A stretch of DNA of 61,596 nucleotides, filler included, from an uncultured bacterium (GTDB taxonomy: Bacteria > Latescibacterota > UBA2968): NCBI GenBank assembly GCA_964471275.1. It is 3 parts of 3 records of this genome, joined end to end, with 100 filler letters (N's around TTAATTAATTAA, not from the genome) between each part and the next. Parts side by side here need not be neighbours in the genome. Positions count along the whole stretch, not along the records: positions 20,765 to 41,215 come from CAYYGZ010000062.1; positions 41,316 to 61,596 come from CAYYGZ010000063.1; 1 more part is not named here. One strand, written 5' to 3'. Made by a program: the position numbers and the translations under genes. Positions 38,885 to 48,024 of this stretch are shown here, piece by piece. The notes under the pieces were generated by a model, which was given only the letters and a program-made list of their open reading frames with translations, did not search any database and had not been told where the DNA came from. Numbering within the stretch: position 1 is the first letter of the stretch; every line of letters starts with the position of its first letter.

Positions 38885-39566
38885 CATATTGGCCCCCTGA
38901 ATGAGTGAGACCTCCTATAGTGTTGTAATCATAAGGGGGTGTCCTTGGCACGAGATCCGAAGTTCACTGAAGAACAGAAGTATGAAATAGCGGTAGAGCT
39001 CGTTTCAGGAATGCTGTCGCATTCAGAGATATGCCGTAAGTGGGACATAAGTCCGACGTATGCGTACAAATTGAAGGATCGGGCTCTCGATCTTCTTCGT
39101 CCGGGAATGGGACGTCCGACCGGTAAGCCCGATGCGCAGGCCCTCGCTATTCATGCGCTAAAAAAACACGAAGTCGTTGAAGGCTGCGTGCGAGTTGCGT
39201 CGATCAACGGGTCTGAGTGTCAGGCGTCTCTGTCGCCGTCCTCTTTGTCCCAAGCGTGTTGAGCGTATGTGGCCTCTTCGTCCGAACCAAGCCTGGCAGA
39301 TCGATATGGCCAGCTTTCAGCGTTCGGACCTCAGGCCTGTGTATCTGGTGAACATCATAGACTGTTACACACGCCCGCTCGTGGGGTGACACGCCAACGA
39401 TCGGTGTAAGGTATCAGACTGGAGCAGTGCTGTTCGCCCGGCTCTTGAATTCCGTGGGTTGCGAACTAAGGAATCGTGTTCAGACCTGGTTCTACGGAGC
39501 GAGAAGCAGAAGAGTGAAGTCAGGGACAGGTTAGGCCAGATTTCAGTGCGTAGAGGAGGGGTATGC
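38885..39566 (+). mobile_element. Internally deleted IS3-family element
   Basis: OrfA-like HTH (KFTEEQKYEIAVE...ICRKWDIS), an A7C slippery run, and an OrfB fragment RPNQAWQIDM...IIDCYTR..VG. The 5' part is nearly identical to 61217-61596. The right end is uncertain. Confidence 0.85.
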
Positions 39567-40370
39567 TTGATTGATGTGCTGCTAATCGGGGGGAAAGGGA
39601 ACATCGGATCGGGGTTGCGGACCTATCTGCCGAGACTGAATCCGGACTATCGGGTGACGTCGGTGGATTTGCCTGGTGCGATGGATCGGGCAACGGATCC
39701 GGATGCGCACCGGTTGTTTGTGGATCTCGATGTGACGGATGACGATTTTGGGTTGCGGCACGCGCTCGATGGACGCGATCTCGTGGTTTACCTGGCCCGA
39801 AAGGGTGGTCTCGGCGAGATGAACGGGATGACCGATCGCGTCTTTACGGCGGTGATGGAGGTTTGCCCGGATGCCCTGATTGTCGGGTCGAGCTCGGTTC
39901 ACGCGACCGGTGGCGCCTACTTTCCTTTCAAGAAGGAACCCTACGCGTCCATCGCGGAGCGTCGGTTCGATGATGTCGATCCTTGGCCGGAGCGTCTGCC
40001 TGCAACGCTGGACCCGTGCCCAACGGGAGACTACGGGCTGGAGAAGGCGTATGTGGAGGCGTGGTGCCAGCGCCTCGGGGCGGTCGGAAAGAGCGCGGTG
40101 GCTGCGAGATGGGGAGGGATCAACACGCAGAACGCGATGACATCGGAGGTCGCGTTCTTCACGGTATGGTGTCATCAGGAGGATGCAGCACGGTTTGTGG
40201 ATGCGTGCTTCAAAACACATCGGGCCGGGACGCTGCGGAGCGGGGCGCACTATTACGTGATATCAGACAACACCTACAGCATCTTTGATATCGAGACGGC
40301 GAGGGAAGAGATTGGGTATGTACCGGAGCACGATGCGGAGGTGTTCTATGATGAACCGATCGGGAGCTAG
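39567..40370 (+). CDS. NAD-dependent epimerase/dehydratase-family protein
   Basis: GGKGNIG, SSVH and YGLEK (YxxxK). TTG start after GAGGAGG. Confidence 0.85.
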   Translation: MIDVLLIGGKGNIGSGLRTYLPRLNPDYRVTSVDLPGAMDRATDPDAHRLFVDLDVTDDDFGLRHALDGRDLVVYLARKGGLGEMNGMTDRVFTAVMEVCPDALIVGSSSVHATGGAYFPFKKEPYASIAERRFDDVDPWPERLPATLDPCPTGDYGLEKAYVEAWCQRLGAVGKSAVAARWGGINTQNAMTSEVAFFTVWCHQEDAARFVDACFKTHRAGTLRSGAHYYVISDNTYSIFDIETAREEIGYVPEHDAEVFYDEPIGS

Positions 40371-40393
40371 CCTCAGTTCGACAATCTCTAACC

Positions 40394-40442
40394 GCAGAGG
40401 ACCCTTCGTCAAGCTCAGGACAGGCGCTGAGAGCGCAGAGGA
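40394..40442 (+). repeat. 9-nt-period repeat carrying a 23-nt inserted mini-element (filled copy)
   Basis: GCAGAGGAC[CCTTCGTCAAGCTCAGGACAGGC]GCTGAGAGCGCAGAGGA. Confidence 0.8.
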
Positions 40443-40616
40443 TTCAAGGGTGACCGGTCTCTGTCAGGCCGAAGCGTTACCTCATTTGTTTGGGCGTGCG
40501 AGATGGACGGTATAGATCAGTGCCAATGGCACAGGATTTCACGAACGCGACACCGGACAGTAACCAGCTAATCATCAGCCAATCACCCAAAACAGGGGTG
40601 GCAAGAGGAGAGTCGT

Positions 40617-41215
40617 ATGCGGTTGATCTTGATCGGGACGGAATACTCGGGTAAGACGACGTTGTGTCAGGGGCTTATGGACTGGGGACACGCGAACGGG
40701 ATCCACCATCATCTGGATGATCATTTCTCGATCCCCGATTGTCAGATGCTGAAGTCGGAGGAGCATCAGGAGATTATGACCGGGCTTCCAGAAGCGCTGA
40801 AGGAGCGGTTTCAGCGCTTCCAGATCGCGTATCACGTCCGACTGATCAATAAGTATGAACACATCGTGCTGGGCGGTTTTCACATTGAGGAGGCCGTTTA
40901 CGGACCCAAGTACTACTATCCAGAGATCGGGAGGCTGGCGGAGACACCGCGGGCATGGGAAGCGGGGATGCCCGAGGATACGGTGCTGGTCCACCTGACG
41001 GCGACGCGTGATGTGATCGCGAAGCGGATGAAGGAAGACCCTCATACCTACCAGGTGGTTCCGGAAGCGGATATCGAGGAGATGCAGACGGCGTTTGATC
41101 AGGAATACCGGAAGACGTGGATTATGCGGAAGTTTGCGATCGACACTTCGGAGATGCAGCCGGGAGAGCTGGTGGATACGTTTTTGAAGGAATCGATTTC
41201 GCATCTGGATACGAG
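40617..41215 (+). CDS. P-loop nucleotide kinase-like protein (cut by contig end)
   Basis: Walker A GTEYSGKTT and NMP-kinase-like LVHLTA...KRM and IDTS. Confidence 0.7.
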
Positions 41216-41315
41216 NNNNNNNNNNNNNNNNNNNNNNNNNNNNNNNNNNNNNNNNNNNNTTAATTAATTAANNNNNNNNNNNNNNNNNNNNNNNNNNNNN
41301 NNNNNNNNNNNNNNN
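41216..41315. other. Artificial contig linker
   Basis: 100 nt of N containing TTAATTAATTAA. Confidence 0.97.
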
Positions 41316-41364
41316 CCATCACATGCACGATCCACGCATCGCAGCGTGGAGAGGAGGTGAACCG

Positions 41365-41640
41365 ATGCCCAACAAGGCAAACTTGATTGACTCGATTGCC
41401 AGCGCAGCCGACCTTTCTAAGGCACAGGCCGGAGCCGTTCTTGACGCACTGCTCGGCGATATTTCCGCCGCACTGTCCAAGGGTGAGCGCGTTGCCATCG
41501 CCGGCTTTGGCACGTTCCAGATCAGCGAGCGCGCCGCTCGGCAGGGCCGTAACCCGCAGACGGGTGCGACGATCCAGATCGCGGCTAGCAAGAATGTGCG
41601 TTTTAAGGCCGGAAAGCAACTGAAGGACGCTGTAAACTAA
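41365..41640 (+). CDS. hup: DNA-binding protein HU
   Basis: NKANLI, GFGTF, RAARQGRNPQTG and FKAGKQLKDAVN. GGAGGTG RBS. Confidence 0.96.
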   Translation: MPNKANLIDSIASAADLSKAQAGAVLDALLGDISAALSKGERVAIAGFGTFQISERAARQGRNPQTGATIQIAASKNVRFKAGKQLKDAVN

Positions 41641-41667
41641 AACGTCTTCTACCCAGACGTTGTCGGG

Positions 41668-41702
41668 AGCCCCGGAGTCTGCCACTCCGGGGCTTTTCGT
41701 TT
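41668..41702 (+). terminator. Intrinsic terminator after hup
   Basis: AGCCCCGGAGT-ctgcc-ACTCCGGGGCT followed by TTTCGTTT. Confidence 0.85.
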
Positions 41703-41757
41703 GTGGGGGAGGACGGGCAGATCCCGGACGAACTGCGATAACCCCATTTAATTGTCA

Positions 41758-41785
41758 TGAAATGTTCCTGAAATGTTCCCGAAAC
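41758..41785 (+). promoter_or_regulatory. 11-bp-period direct repeat upstream of glnA
   Basis: GAAAT-N6-GAAAT-N6-GAAAC (TGAAATGTTCC twice, then CGAAAC). Confidence 0.55.
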
Positions 41786-41856
41786 ATACGAGGCATAACT
41801 TACGCCTTCAGCATCGATTAAGCAGAAGCTAAAAACTTTAAAAACAAGAGCTTAAA

Positions 41857-43191
41857 ATGAATCAGTGCAGCAGGGACTACGTTATCAGTGCAGCAGAGGA
41901 ACACCAGGTCAAGTTTATCCGGCTCTGGTTCTCCGATATTCTCGGCCTCCTCAAGAGCGTCGCCATTCCGGTCGAGCAGCTTGGGGAAGCGCTAGATGGG
42001 GGCGTCGGGTTCGACGGCTCATCTGTGGAGGGTTTTGCCCGGATCGATGAGAGCGACATGATCGCGATGCCTGATCCCTCGACCTTCCAAGTGCTCCCGT
42101 TCCGACCACAGGGCCGACAGGCCGTGGCCCGCATGTTCTGCAACATCCTTCTGCCTTCCGGCAAACCTTATCCAGGTGACCCGAGGTATGTGCTGAAACG
42201 AAACCTCAAACGTGCCGCCGACCTCGGATTCACGTTCTACGTGAGTCCCGAACTCGAGTATTATTACTTCAAGAGCCCGAACCCGCCACTCGAGGTTCTG
42301 GACACGGGTGGATACTTCGACCTGACGCCGCTCGATGAAGCCAGCGATCTCCGGCGCGAGACAGTTCTGGCGCTGGAAAGTATGGGGATCGAAGTCGCAT
42401 CGAGCCACCACGAAGGGGCTCCCAGCCAGCACGAGATCGACCTGCTGTATACCGACGCCTTGACGATGGCCGACGCCGCGATGACCTACCGGCTTGTCGT
42501 AAAGGAGATTGCGATCCAAAATGGTGTTTGGGCGACTTTCATGCCCAAGCCCCTGTTCGGTGAGAACGGGAGCGGGATGCACACACACATGTCCTTGTTC
42601 AAGGGAGAACGGAACGCGTTCTACAACCCGAAGGCCGATGATCATCTCTCACGGACGGCACGGTACTACATTGCCGGTCTGCTCAACCACGCGAGCGAAA
42701 TGACTCTGATCACGAATCAGTGGGTGAACTCGTACAAGCGTCTGGTGCCGGGATATGAGGCCCCCGTCTACAAGACGTGGGCGACGACGAGCCGGTCAGA
42801 TCTGGTTCGGGTTCCGTCGTATACACCGGGGAAGGAGAGCGCGATCCGTGTCGAGTATCGATCCCCCGACCCGGCGTGTAACCCGTATCTGGCTTTCGCC
42901 GTGATGCTTGCCAGTGGTCTGGACGGAATCGAGAACCGGACCAAGCTTCAGGCTCAGAATGATCTCGATGTCGGCAAGATGGATGATGCAGCGCTGAGGA
43001 AGGCCGGGATCGGCGTTCTCCCCACGGATCTGTCGCAGGCAATCGAGGAGGCAGAGGGCAGCACGCTACTGCGGTCTGCGCTTGGGGATCACGTTTTTGA
43101 GAAATTCATCAAGAACAAGAAGATCGAATGGGACAAATACCGGGCTCAGGTCACCACCTATGAGCTCGAGCAGTATCTCAGGGTGCTGTAG
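41857..43191 (+). CDS. glnA: Glutamine synthetase type I
   Basis: FDGSSVEGF, PELEYY, HHEGAPSQHEI, FMPKP..GENGSGMHTH, NSYKRLVPGYEAP and EYRSPDPACNPY. Confidence 0.97.
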   Translation: MNQCSRDYVISAAEEHQVKFIRLWFSDILGLLKSVAIPVEQLGEALDGGVGFDGSSVEGFARIDESDMIAMPDPSTFQVLPFRPQGRQAVARMFCNILLPSGKPYPGDPRYVLKRNLKRAADLGFTFYVSPELEYYYFKSPNPPLEVLDTGGYFDLTPLDEASDLRRETVLALESMGIEVASSHHEGAPSQHEIDLLYTDALTMADAAMTYRLVVKEIAIQNGVWATFMPKPLFGENGSGMHTHMSLFKGERNAFYNPKADDHLSRTARYYIAGLLNHASEMTLITNQWVNSYKRLVPGYEAPVYKTWATTSRSDLVRVPSYTPGKESAIRVEYRSPDPACNPYLAFAVMLASGLDGIENRTKLQAQNDLDVGKMDDAALRKAGIGVLPTDLSQAIEEAEGSTLLRSALGDHVFEKFIKNKKIEWDKYRAQVTTYELEQYLRVL

Positions 43192-43445
43192 TGCCCAAAG
43201 TCAGACGGCCGTGCCCACGCGAGCTCTACGATGGATGCCCGATCCCTCGGGAACTGTGTAGCGAGGACTACGAAAAGACGGTCCAGTGGCATTGTCTCAA
43301 GCTGCTCAAGGAAATGGAGATGTTTCTATTCGGCAGTCCTGAGGAGGATGGGCCCGAATATCCAGAGAACTATGACGACAGCGGGGAGGTGACAACTCTC
43401 GAGGATCTTATGCGGGTTCTGTCGGGTGAGGATCGGGAAGATTGA
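43191..43445 (+). CDS. Small Cys-rich, acidic hypothetical protein coupled to glnA
   Basis: GTG start overlaps the glnA TAG. It has four Cys (C-X7-C-X6-C-X11-C) followed by an acidic tail. Confidence 0.6.
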   Translation: MPKVRRPCPRELYDGCPIPRELCSEDYEKTVQWHCLKLLKEMEMFLFGSPEEDGPEYPENYDDSGEVTTLEDLMRVLSGEDRED

Positions 43446-43529
43446 TGATGGACAGTTGACGAGAGAGGGTTGAGGACGGGAGCAGCACGAGCTTGGCCCG
43501 TGGGTGTTCTGGCACCTGCGGGTCTTTCT

Positions 43530-44735
43530 TTATACAGATGCCTGGGGCGTGGGGGAGGAGGCACGGAGCGCGGCTGCGTAGACCTCTGAGATCGGGATGC
43601 TTTGCTCACGGGCTATTCTGGTACAGTCGTCGTACTCGGGGGTGCTGCGGGTGGTCTTGCCGAGGGTGGCGATCTTGACTCGGATGTCGCCATAGGGGGT
43701 GGAGACGGATCCCGATTGGCGGGGGAGGATTGTGCGGGTCATCGAGGTCTGACGGACGCCAAGGGTGGTGGTCTCCGTAAGGAGGATGTGTATGAGCGAT
43801 TTGGAGGCCGTGGCGTTGCACAGGACGGTCAAGAGGGTGCCTGGCCGTCCTTTCTTCATCTGGGTCGGCGTCAGGTAGACATCTTTGGCACCGGCATCCC
43901 ACAGACGGTCTGCGACGTGCCCGAACAGCTCGGGGTTCATGTCGTCGATGTTCGTTTCCAGAACGATGACCTGATCGGTTCGCGTGCCAGAGATCGACGA
44001 GTCCTCGCCGATCTCAATACGCAGCAGGTTGGGGATGTCATCGAGATCACGCGTGCCTGCCCCGTATCCGACCCGGTCCCCCGTGAATGTGGTCGGTTGA
44101 CCGAAGGATTCGGCGATCGTCGTGAGCAATGCGGCTCCGGTCGGTGTCAGGAGCTCCCTGGGGATGCCGGTACGTCTGAGCGGAACGTCGGTACAGAGCG
44201 CAACCACAGCGGGGACGGGGATGGGCATCGCGCCGTGTGATCCCCGCGTCACGCCGGTGCCGACCGACAGCGCCGAGCACTGGACACGTCCGATACGTAA
44301 CAGCTTCAAGCCGATGATCGTGCCGACGATGTCGACAATCGCGTCAACGGCGCCCACCTCGTGGAAGTGAACGCTCTCGACCGTTGTGCCGTGAACTTTT
44401 GCCTCCGCCTCTGCCAAACGCGTGAAGACGGAGAGCGCGCGACTCCTGACATCCGGGTCAAGGTCGCTGTTGTCGAGGATCGACGCGATGTCGCTCAGGT
44501 GTCTGTGGACGTGATCTTCCTGAGCATCGACATCGATTTTTGTCGCTGAGATTCCGTGCTTGGACACGGATTGGCGAGAGAGGGTGTAGTCGGTGAGTCC
44601 GAGTTTCGCGAGCTCAGCTTCCAGCTGCTCGAACGGGAGCCCGGCGTCGACGAGAGCACCTAGCAGCATGTCACCGCTGGCTCCCGCAAAGCAATCGACG
44701 TAGGCACGTCGGCAAGCTGTCGTTGTTGCGGGCAT
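43530..44735 (-). CDS. larC: Nickel pincer cofactor nickel insertase LarC
   Basis: DCFAGASGDMLLGAL, VHFHEVGAVDAIVD, ELLTPTGAA, GYGAG, ETNIDD, MKKGRPG, ETTTLGVR and PEYDDC. Confidence 0.93.
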   Translation of the reverse strand: MPATTTACRRAYVDCFAGASGDMLLGALVDAGLPFEQLEAELAKLGLTDYTLSRQSVSKHGISATKIDVDAQEDHVHRHLSDIASILDNSDLDPDVRSRALSVFTRLAEAEAKVHGTTVESVHFHEVGAVDAIVDIVGTIIGLKLLRIGRVQCSALSVGTGVTRGSHGAMPIPVPAVVALCTDVPLRRTGIPRELLTPTGAALLTTIAESFGQPTTFTGDRVGYGAGTRDLDDIPNLLRIEIGEDSSISGTRTDQVIVLETNIDDMNPELFGHVADRLWDAGAKDVYLTPTQMKKGRPGTLLTVLCNATASKSLIHILLTETTTLGVRQTSMTRTILPRQSGSVSTPYGDIRVKIATLGKTTRSTPEYDDCTRIAREQSIPISEVYAAALRASSPTPQASV

Positions 44736-45161
44736 CTAGAAGGAGTGTAGATCGAGGCCGCGGAGTTCGTCCTGGATGCTCTTGGGATCGAACCTGTCGG
44801 CGAAGCAGTATACGTCCTCGAAGTCTTCGAGCCGGTCTTCTTCGGTCTTGCTCATCAGGCCGTTACGAACAAGGCTGAAGACGATCTCGCCAAAGTGGAC
44901 TGTTTCGGTGATACCCCAGTAGTCAAAAACACTCTGGACCATCGGGCCAAACCGATCACGGCCGTATTCCGCGATACCCCGACACAGCTCCTGCCCCGTA
45001 ACGTGGCGCGAAACGGCCGTTGCTTCCTGATCCCGTTTCAATTTCCGAACCGTGTGGTCGAGAGCTGAGTAGATGAAGAAATATGCTTCACGCTTGAATT
45101 TCGTGTCCTGATCGGAAATCGCGTCGATCTGGTCGTAGAAGGATGTCTCTTCTTCGAGCAT
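44736..45161 (-). CDS. Minf_1886-like (Planctomycetes/Verrucomicrobia conserved) hypothetical protein
   Basis: RHVTGQELC.G...FGPM...V...WGI..T..FGEIVF.LV..GLM.K.EED..EDF pattern. Confidence 0.8.
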   Translation of the reverse strand: MLEEETSFYDQIDAISDQDTKFKREAYFFIYSALDHTVRKLKRDQEATAVSRHVTGQELCRGIAEYGRDRFGPMVQSVFDYWGITETVHFGEIVFSLVRNGLMSKTEEDRLEDFEDVYCFADRFDPKSIQDELRGLDLHSF

Positions 45162-45162
45162 A

Positions 45163-46551
45163 CTATTCCGCGAGCGTCGGTTCGTTGTTTTCGAGGAGCG
45201 CCGTAACGACAGATCCACTTTCTTGATCGAACAGTGCGTAGAGCGCATCGCGTTTTGCGAAGAAGTCCGGCATCCGGTCCGAGGGCACCGGCTTCCCCGT
45301 CGGCCGGTTCACAACCCGCGAGGGGTTCGTCAGACGGTATTCACCTTTGGCGCGGGTGAAGAAGTTGTAGTGAAGGTGGGATCCCGTGGCCCTTCCCGTC
45401 GCCCCTACGTAGCCGATCACTTTCTTCTGGCTGACGTAGGCGCCTTTCTTCAGACCCCGCCGGAACCGGCTCAGGTGACCGTATCCGGTCTTGTATCCAT
45501 TCTTGTGTTTCACCTCGATGTAATTCCCCAGCGCTCCCTTGCGGCCGATGAAAGAAACGGTGCCGTCCGCCGTTGCCCAGACGGGTGTCCCGTGGTTGGC
45601 CGCGTAATCTATGCCGTGGTGTTTTAGGTACTTCTTGAGCACCGGGTGGAATCGTCTGGACGTGAAGCCTGAGCTGATACGCTTGTAGTCAAGGGGGGAT
45701 CTCAGAAAGATGCCGCGAAGCGACTTTCCCTCGGCATCGTGGTAGCCCCGGTCACCGGTCGGAGATTCATACAGGTAGGCCCGGTGCCGCTTGCTTCCCG
45801 ATGCATACTCGGCGGCCAGGATCTCACCGTAGCGGACAAATTCATCGTCTTTGTAGAACTCTTCGAATGCGATTGAGAAGCGATCGCCGGGTCGGCAGTC
45901 GACCATAAAATCGATTTCGTACTCGAAAATGTCCATCAGACGATGGCTGAGGACGTCGGGATTCTTGCCGGTCGCCCGGAGAGCATTCCAGATGGAATCA
46001 TCGAGTCGCTCTGACACCACGACGACCCGGCGATCGAGTGGGATCGACTCCTTCCACGCTTTCAGCCTTCCACTTTCGCGATCCGCGACAATTCGAAAAT
46101 CGAGGGAACTGCGTTTGATGTATTCAAATGTCTGGATTGTCCCAGCCGTGTCGAGCCGGGCGGAAAACCGGTCGCCCTTCTGCACGATGTTCGGGTTGAA
46201 GTCTGCGCGATGGATTCCTTTGCGCAGCGCCTTCACGAGCTCAAACACATCTTCGTGCGAGATTCCTGCAGACTTGAGCGCCTCAGAGAAGGCCTCCCCG
46301 CGCCCGATCTGTCCGGATCGCGTGTCGAACTGGGGGAGACGCGGCAAGTAGGGGGCGTCTATTGGAACGTACTCGGCCGGAGGCGGGTCATCAGATGCCG
46401 TGAGCGCAGGATCCTCAGAGCTCAGAGTGAGCTGAGTGAGGGCAAGTGTTGCGAGGACTCCGATTGCAATGATGAACTTCCCGGGCCCGGCAAGCAAGGC
46501 TCGCCGAGCCTCATCGGTGCGACGCGGATTCTTGAAGTCTAGACTGGGCAT
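45163..46551 (-). CDS. M23-family murein endopeptidase (MepM-like)
   Basis: N-terminal TM segment, RISSGF..RRFHP, HHGIDYAA, YGHLS and ATGSHLHY. Confidence 0.93.
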   Translation of the reverse strand: MPSLDFKNPRRTDEARRALLAGPGKFIIAIGVLATLALTQLTLSSEDPALTASDDPPPAEYVPIDAPYLPRLPQFDTRSGQIGRGEAFSEALKSAGISHEDVFELVKALRKGIHRADFNPNIVQKGDRFSARLDTAGTIQTFEYIKRSSLDFRIVADRESGRLKAWKESIPLDRRVVVVSERLDDSIWNALRATGKNPDVLSHRLMDIFEYEIDFMVDCRPGDRFSIAFEEFYKDDEFVRYGEILAAEYASGSKRHRAYLYESPTGDRGYHDAEGKSLRGIFLRSPLDYKRISSGFTSRRFHPVLKKYLKHHGIDYAANHGTPVWATADGTVSFIGRKGALGNYIEVKHKNGYKTGYGHLSRFRRGLKKGAYVSQKKVIGYVGATGRATGSHLHYNFFTRAKGEYRLTNPSRVVNRPTGKPVPSDRMPDFFAKRDALYALFDQESGSVVTALLENNEPTLAE

Positions 46552-46739
46552 TTCGGGGAGAAGGTCGTCTCGGGCTGGTTAGGGCTCGTCACAAAATCGT
46601 GTCGAACCGTGCTCACCTTGGGGTCCGGCAGAATCCGTATCCAAGAGGATGAAACCGCTCAGCTGTCGTGTCATTTCGCCGGAAATGATTCTAGCGTAAG
46701 TTAATGTTATTTCTAGTTATGTGATGATTCCCGGCCTCA

Positions 46740-46768
46740 AAAATAGGCCAATCGCAGATGGGTGTCAA
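46740..46768 (-). promoter_or_regulatory. Sigma70-type promoter for the M23-Minf_1886-larC unit
   Basis: TTGACA-17 nt-TATTTT on the minus strand. Confidence 0.6.
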
Positions 46769-46835
46769 TAGATTTAAGTTGCTGATCATACCCCGTGAGG
46801 ATACTGTTCTGGCCACCTATCGACAAGGGTTGGAG

Positions 46836-47891
46836 ATGGTTTTGGCAGAGGAAAAAACAGAGATCAAGGGTCTGCTTCCGCAGGCACTGGAAGACATGCT
46901 GGCGGAGCGCGGCTTCAAGCGCTTCCGGGGGCGCCAGATTGCCCACTGGATGTATGGCCACGGCACCACGGATTTCGGTGAAATGACCAATCTGTCGCTA
47001 TCTGCGCGTGAGCGGCTCGCGGAGACGCTCAGTATCCTGCATCTCGAGCGTATGGCAGCCGAGGAAGCCCAGGATGGGTCGGCGATCAAGTTTCTCTTAC
47101 AGATGACGGACGGTCGTCGGATCGAAAGTGTGCTGATGCGGGAAGGCAGGCGACGGACCCTCTGTGTCTCCTCGCAGGTTGGATGCCCCCTTGACTGCAG
47201 TTTCTGCGCGACGGGCAAGATGGGTCTGATCCGGAATCTGACGCCAGGCGAGATCATCGACCAGGTAATCCAGGCGCGGAAGCACCTGGCGGACCGGGGT
47301 GACGACCTGACGAACGTGGTGATGATGGGGATGGGTGAGCCGCTTCTCAATCTGGATGCGGTAACGACCGCGACACGACTGATGAACCTGGACTACGGCC
47401 CATCGATCAGCAACCGGCGGATCACGGTATCGACGGCCGGTCACGTTCCCGGCATCCACAGGCTTATCGAGAACGGTCAGAAGGTGATGCTGGCAGTTTC
47501 TTTGAACGCAACAACCGACGATCTCCGTAACCGGATCATGCCGATCAACCGGAAGTGGCCGATCGAACAGCTTCTGGACGCGACCGCAGACTACCAGGTG
47601 TTTAACGGCAGAAGGATCACATTCGAATACGTCCTGCTAGCCGGGCTGAATGACTCTATCGATCACGCGCGCGACCTGATTCGGCTGGTCCGGCGGATTC
47701 CTTGCAAGATTAACGTCATCCCCTGGAACCCGATCGATGGGGGAGACTGCGATCGGCCCGACCCGTCCACGATCGATGCGTTTGTCCAAACGGTCGCAGA
47801 TGCTCAGATGACGGTGACGGTTCGATACAGCAAGGGCACCGAGATCGCTGCCGGATGTGGCCAACTGTATCAGAAGTGGGATGAGAAGTGA
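46836..47891 (+). CDS. rlmN: Dual-specificity RNA methyltransferase RlmN (radical SAM)
   Basis: CVSSQVGCPLDCSFCATG, MGMGEP and AAGCGQL. Confidence 0.96.
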   Translation: MVLAEEKTEIKGLLPQALEDMLAERGFKRFRGRQIAHWMYGHGTTDFGEMTNLSLSARERLAETLSILHLERMAAEEAQDGSAIKFLLQMTDGRRIESVLMREGRRRTLCVSSQVGCPLDCSFCATGKMGLIRNLTPGEIIDQVIQARKHLADRGDDLTNVVMMGMGEPLLNLDAVTTATRLMNLDYGPSISNRRITVSTAGHVPGIHRLIENGQKVMLAVSLNATTDDLRNRIMPINRKWPIEQLLDATADYQVFNGRRITFEYVLLAGLNDSIDHARDLIRLVRRIPCKINVIPWNPIDGGDCDRPDPSTIDAFVQTVADAQMTVTVRYSKGTEIAAGCGQLYQKWDEK

Positions 47892-47928
47892 TGCAATTTT
47901 TGCATTTCCGACCATTCCTAATTAGGTC

Positions 47929-47957
47929 TTGAATAGATCCCAAGGATATGTTATAGT
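47929..47957 (+). promoter_or_regulatory. Sigma70-type promoter for murA
   Basis: TTGAAT-17 nt-TATAGT with an extended TG. Confidence 0.6.
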
Positions 47958-48024
47958 TCGACTTAGACCTTGGATACCCCCCCCTCTGTTTGTCCCTGAT
48001 TTGGATGTTGGAGGCGACGCGCCT

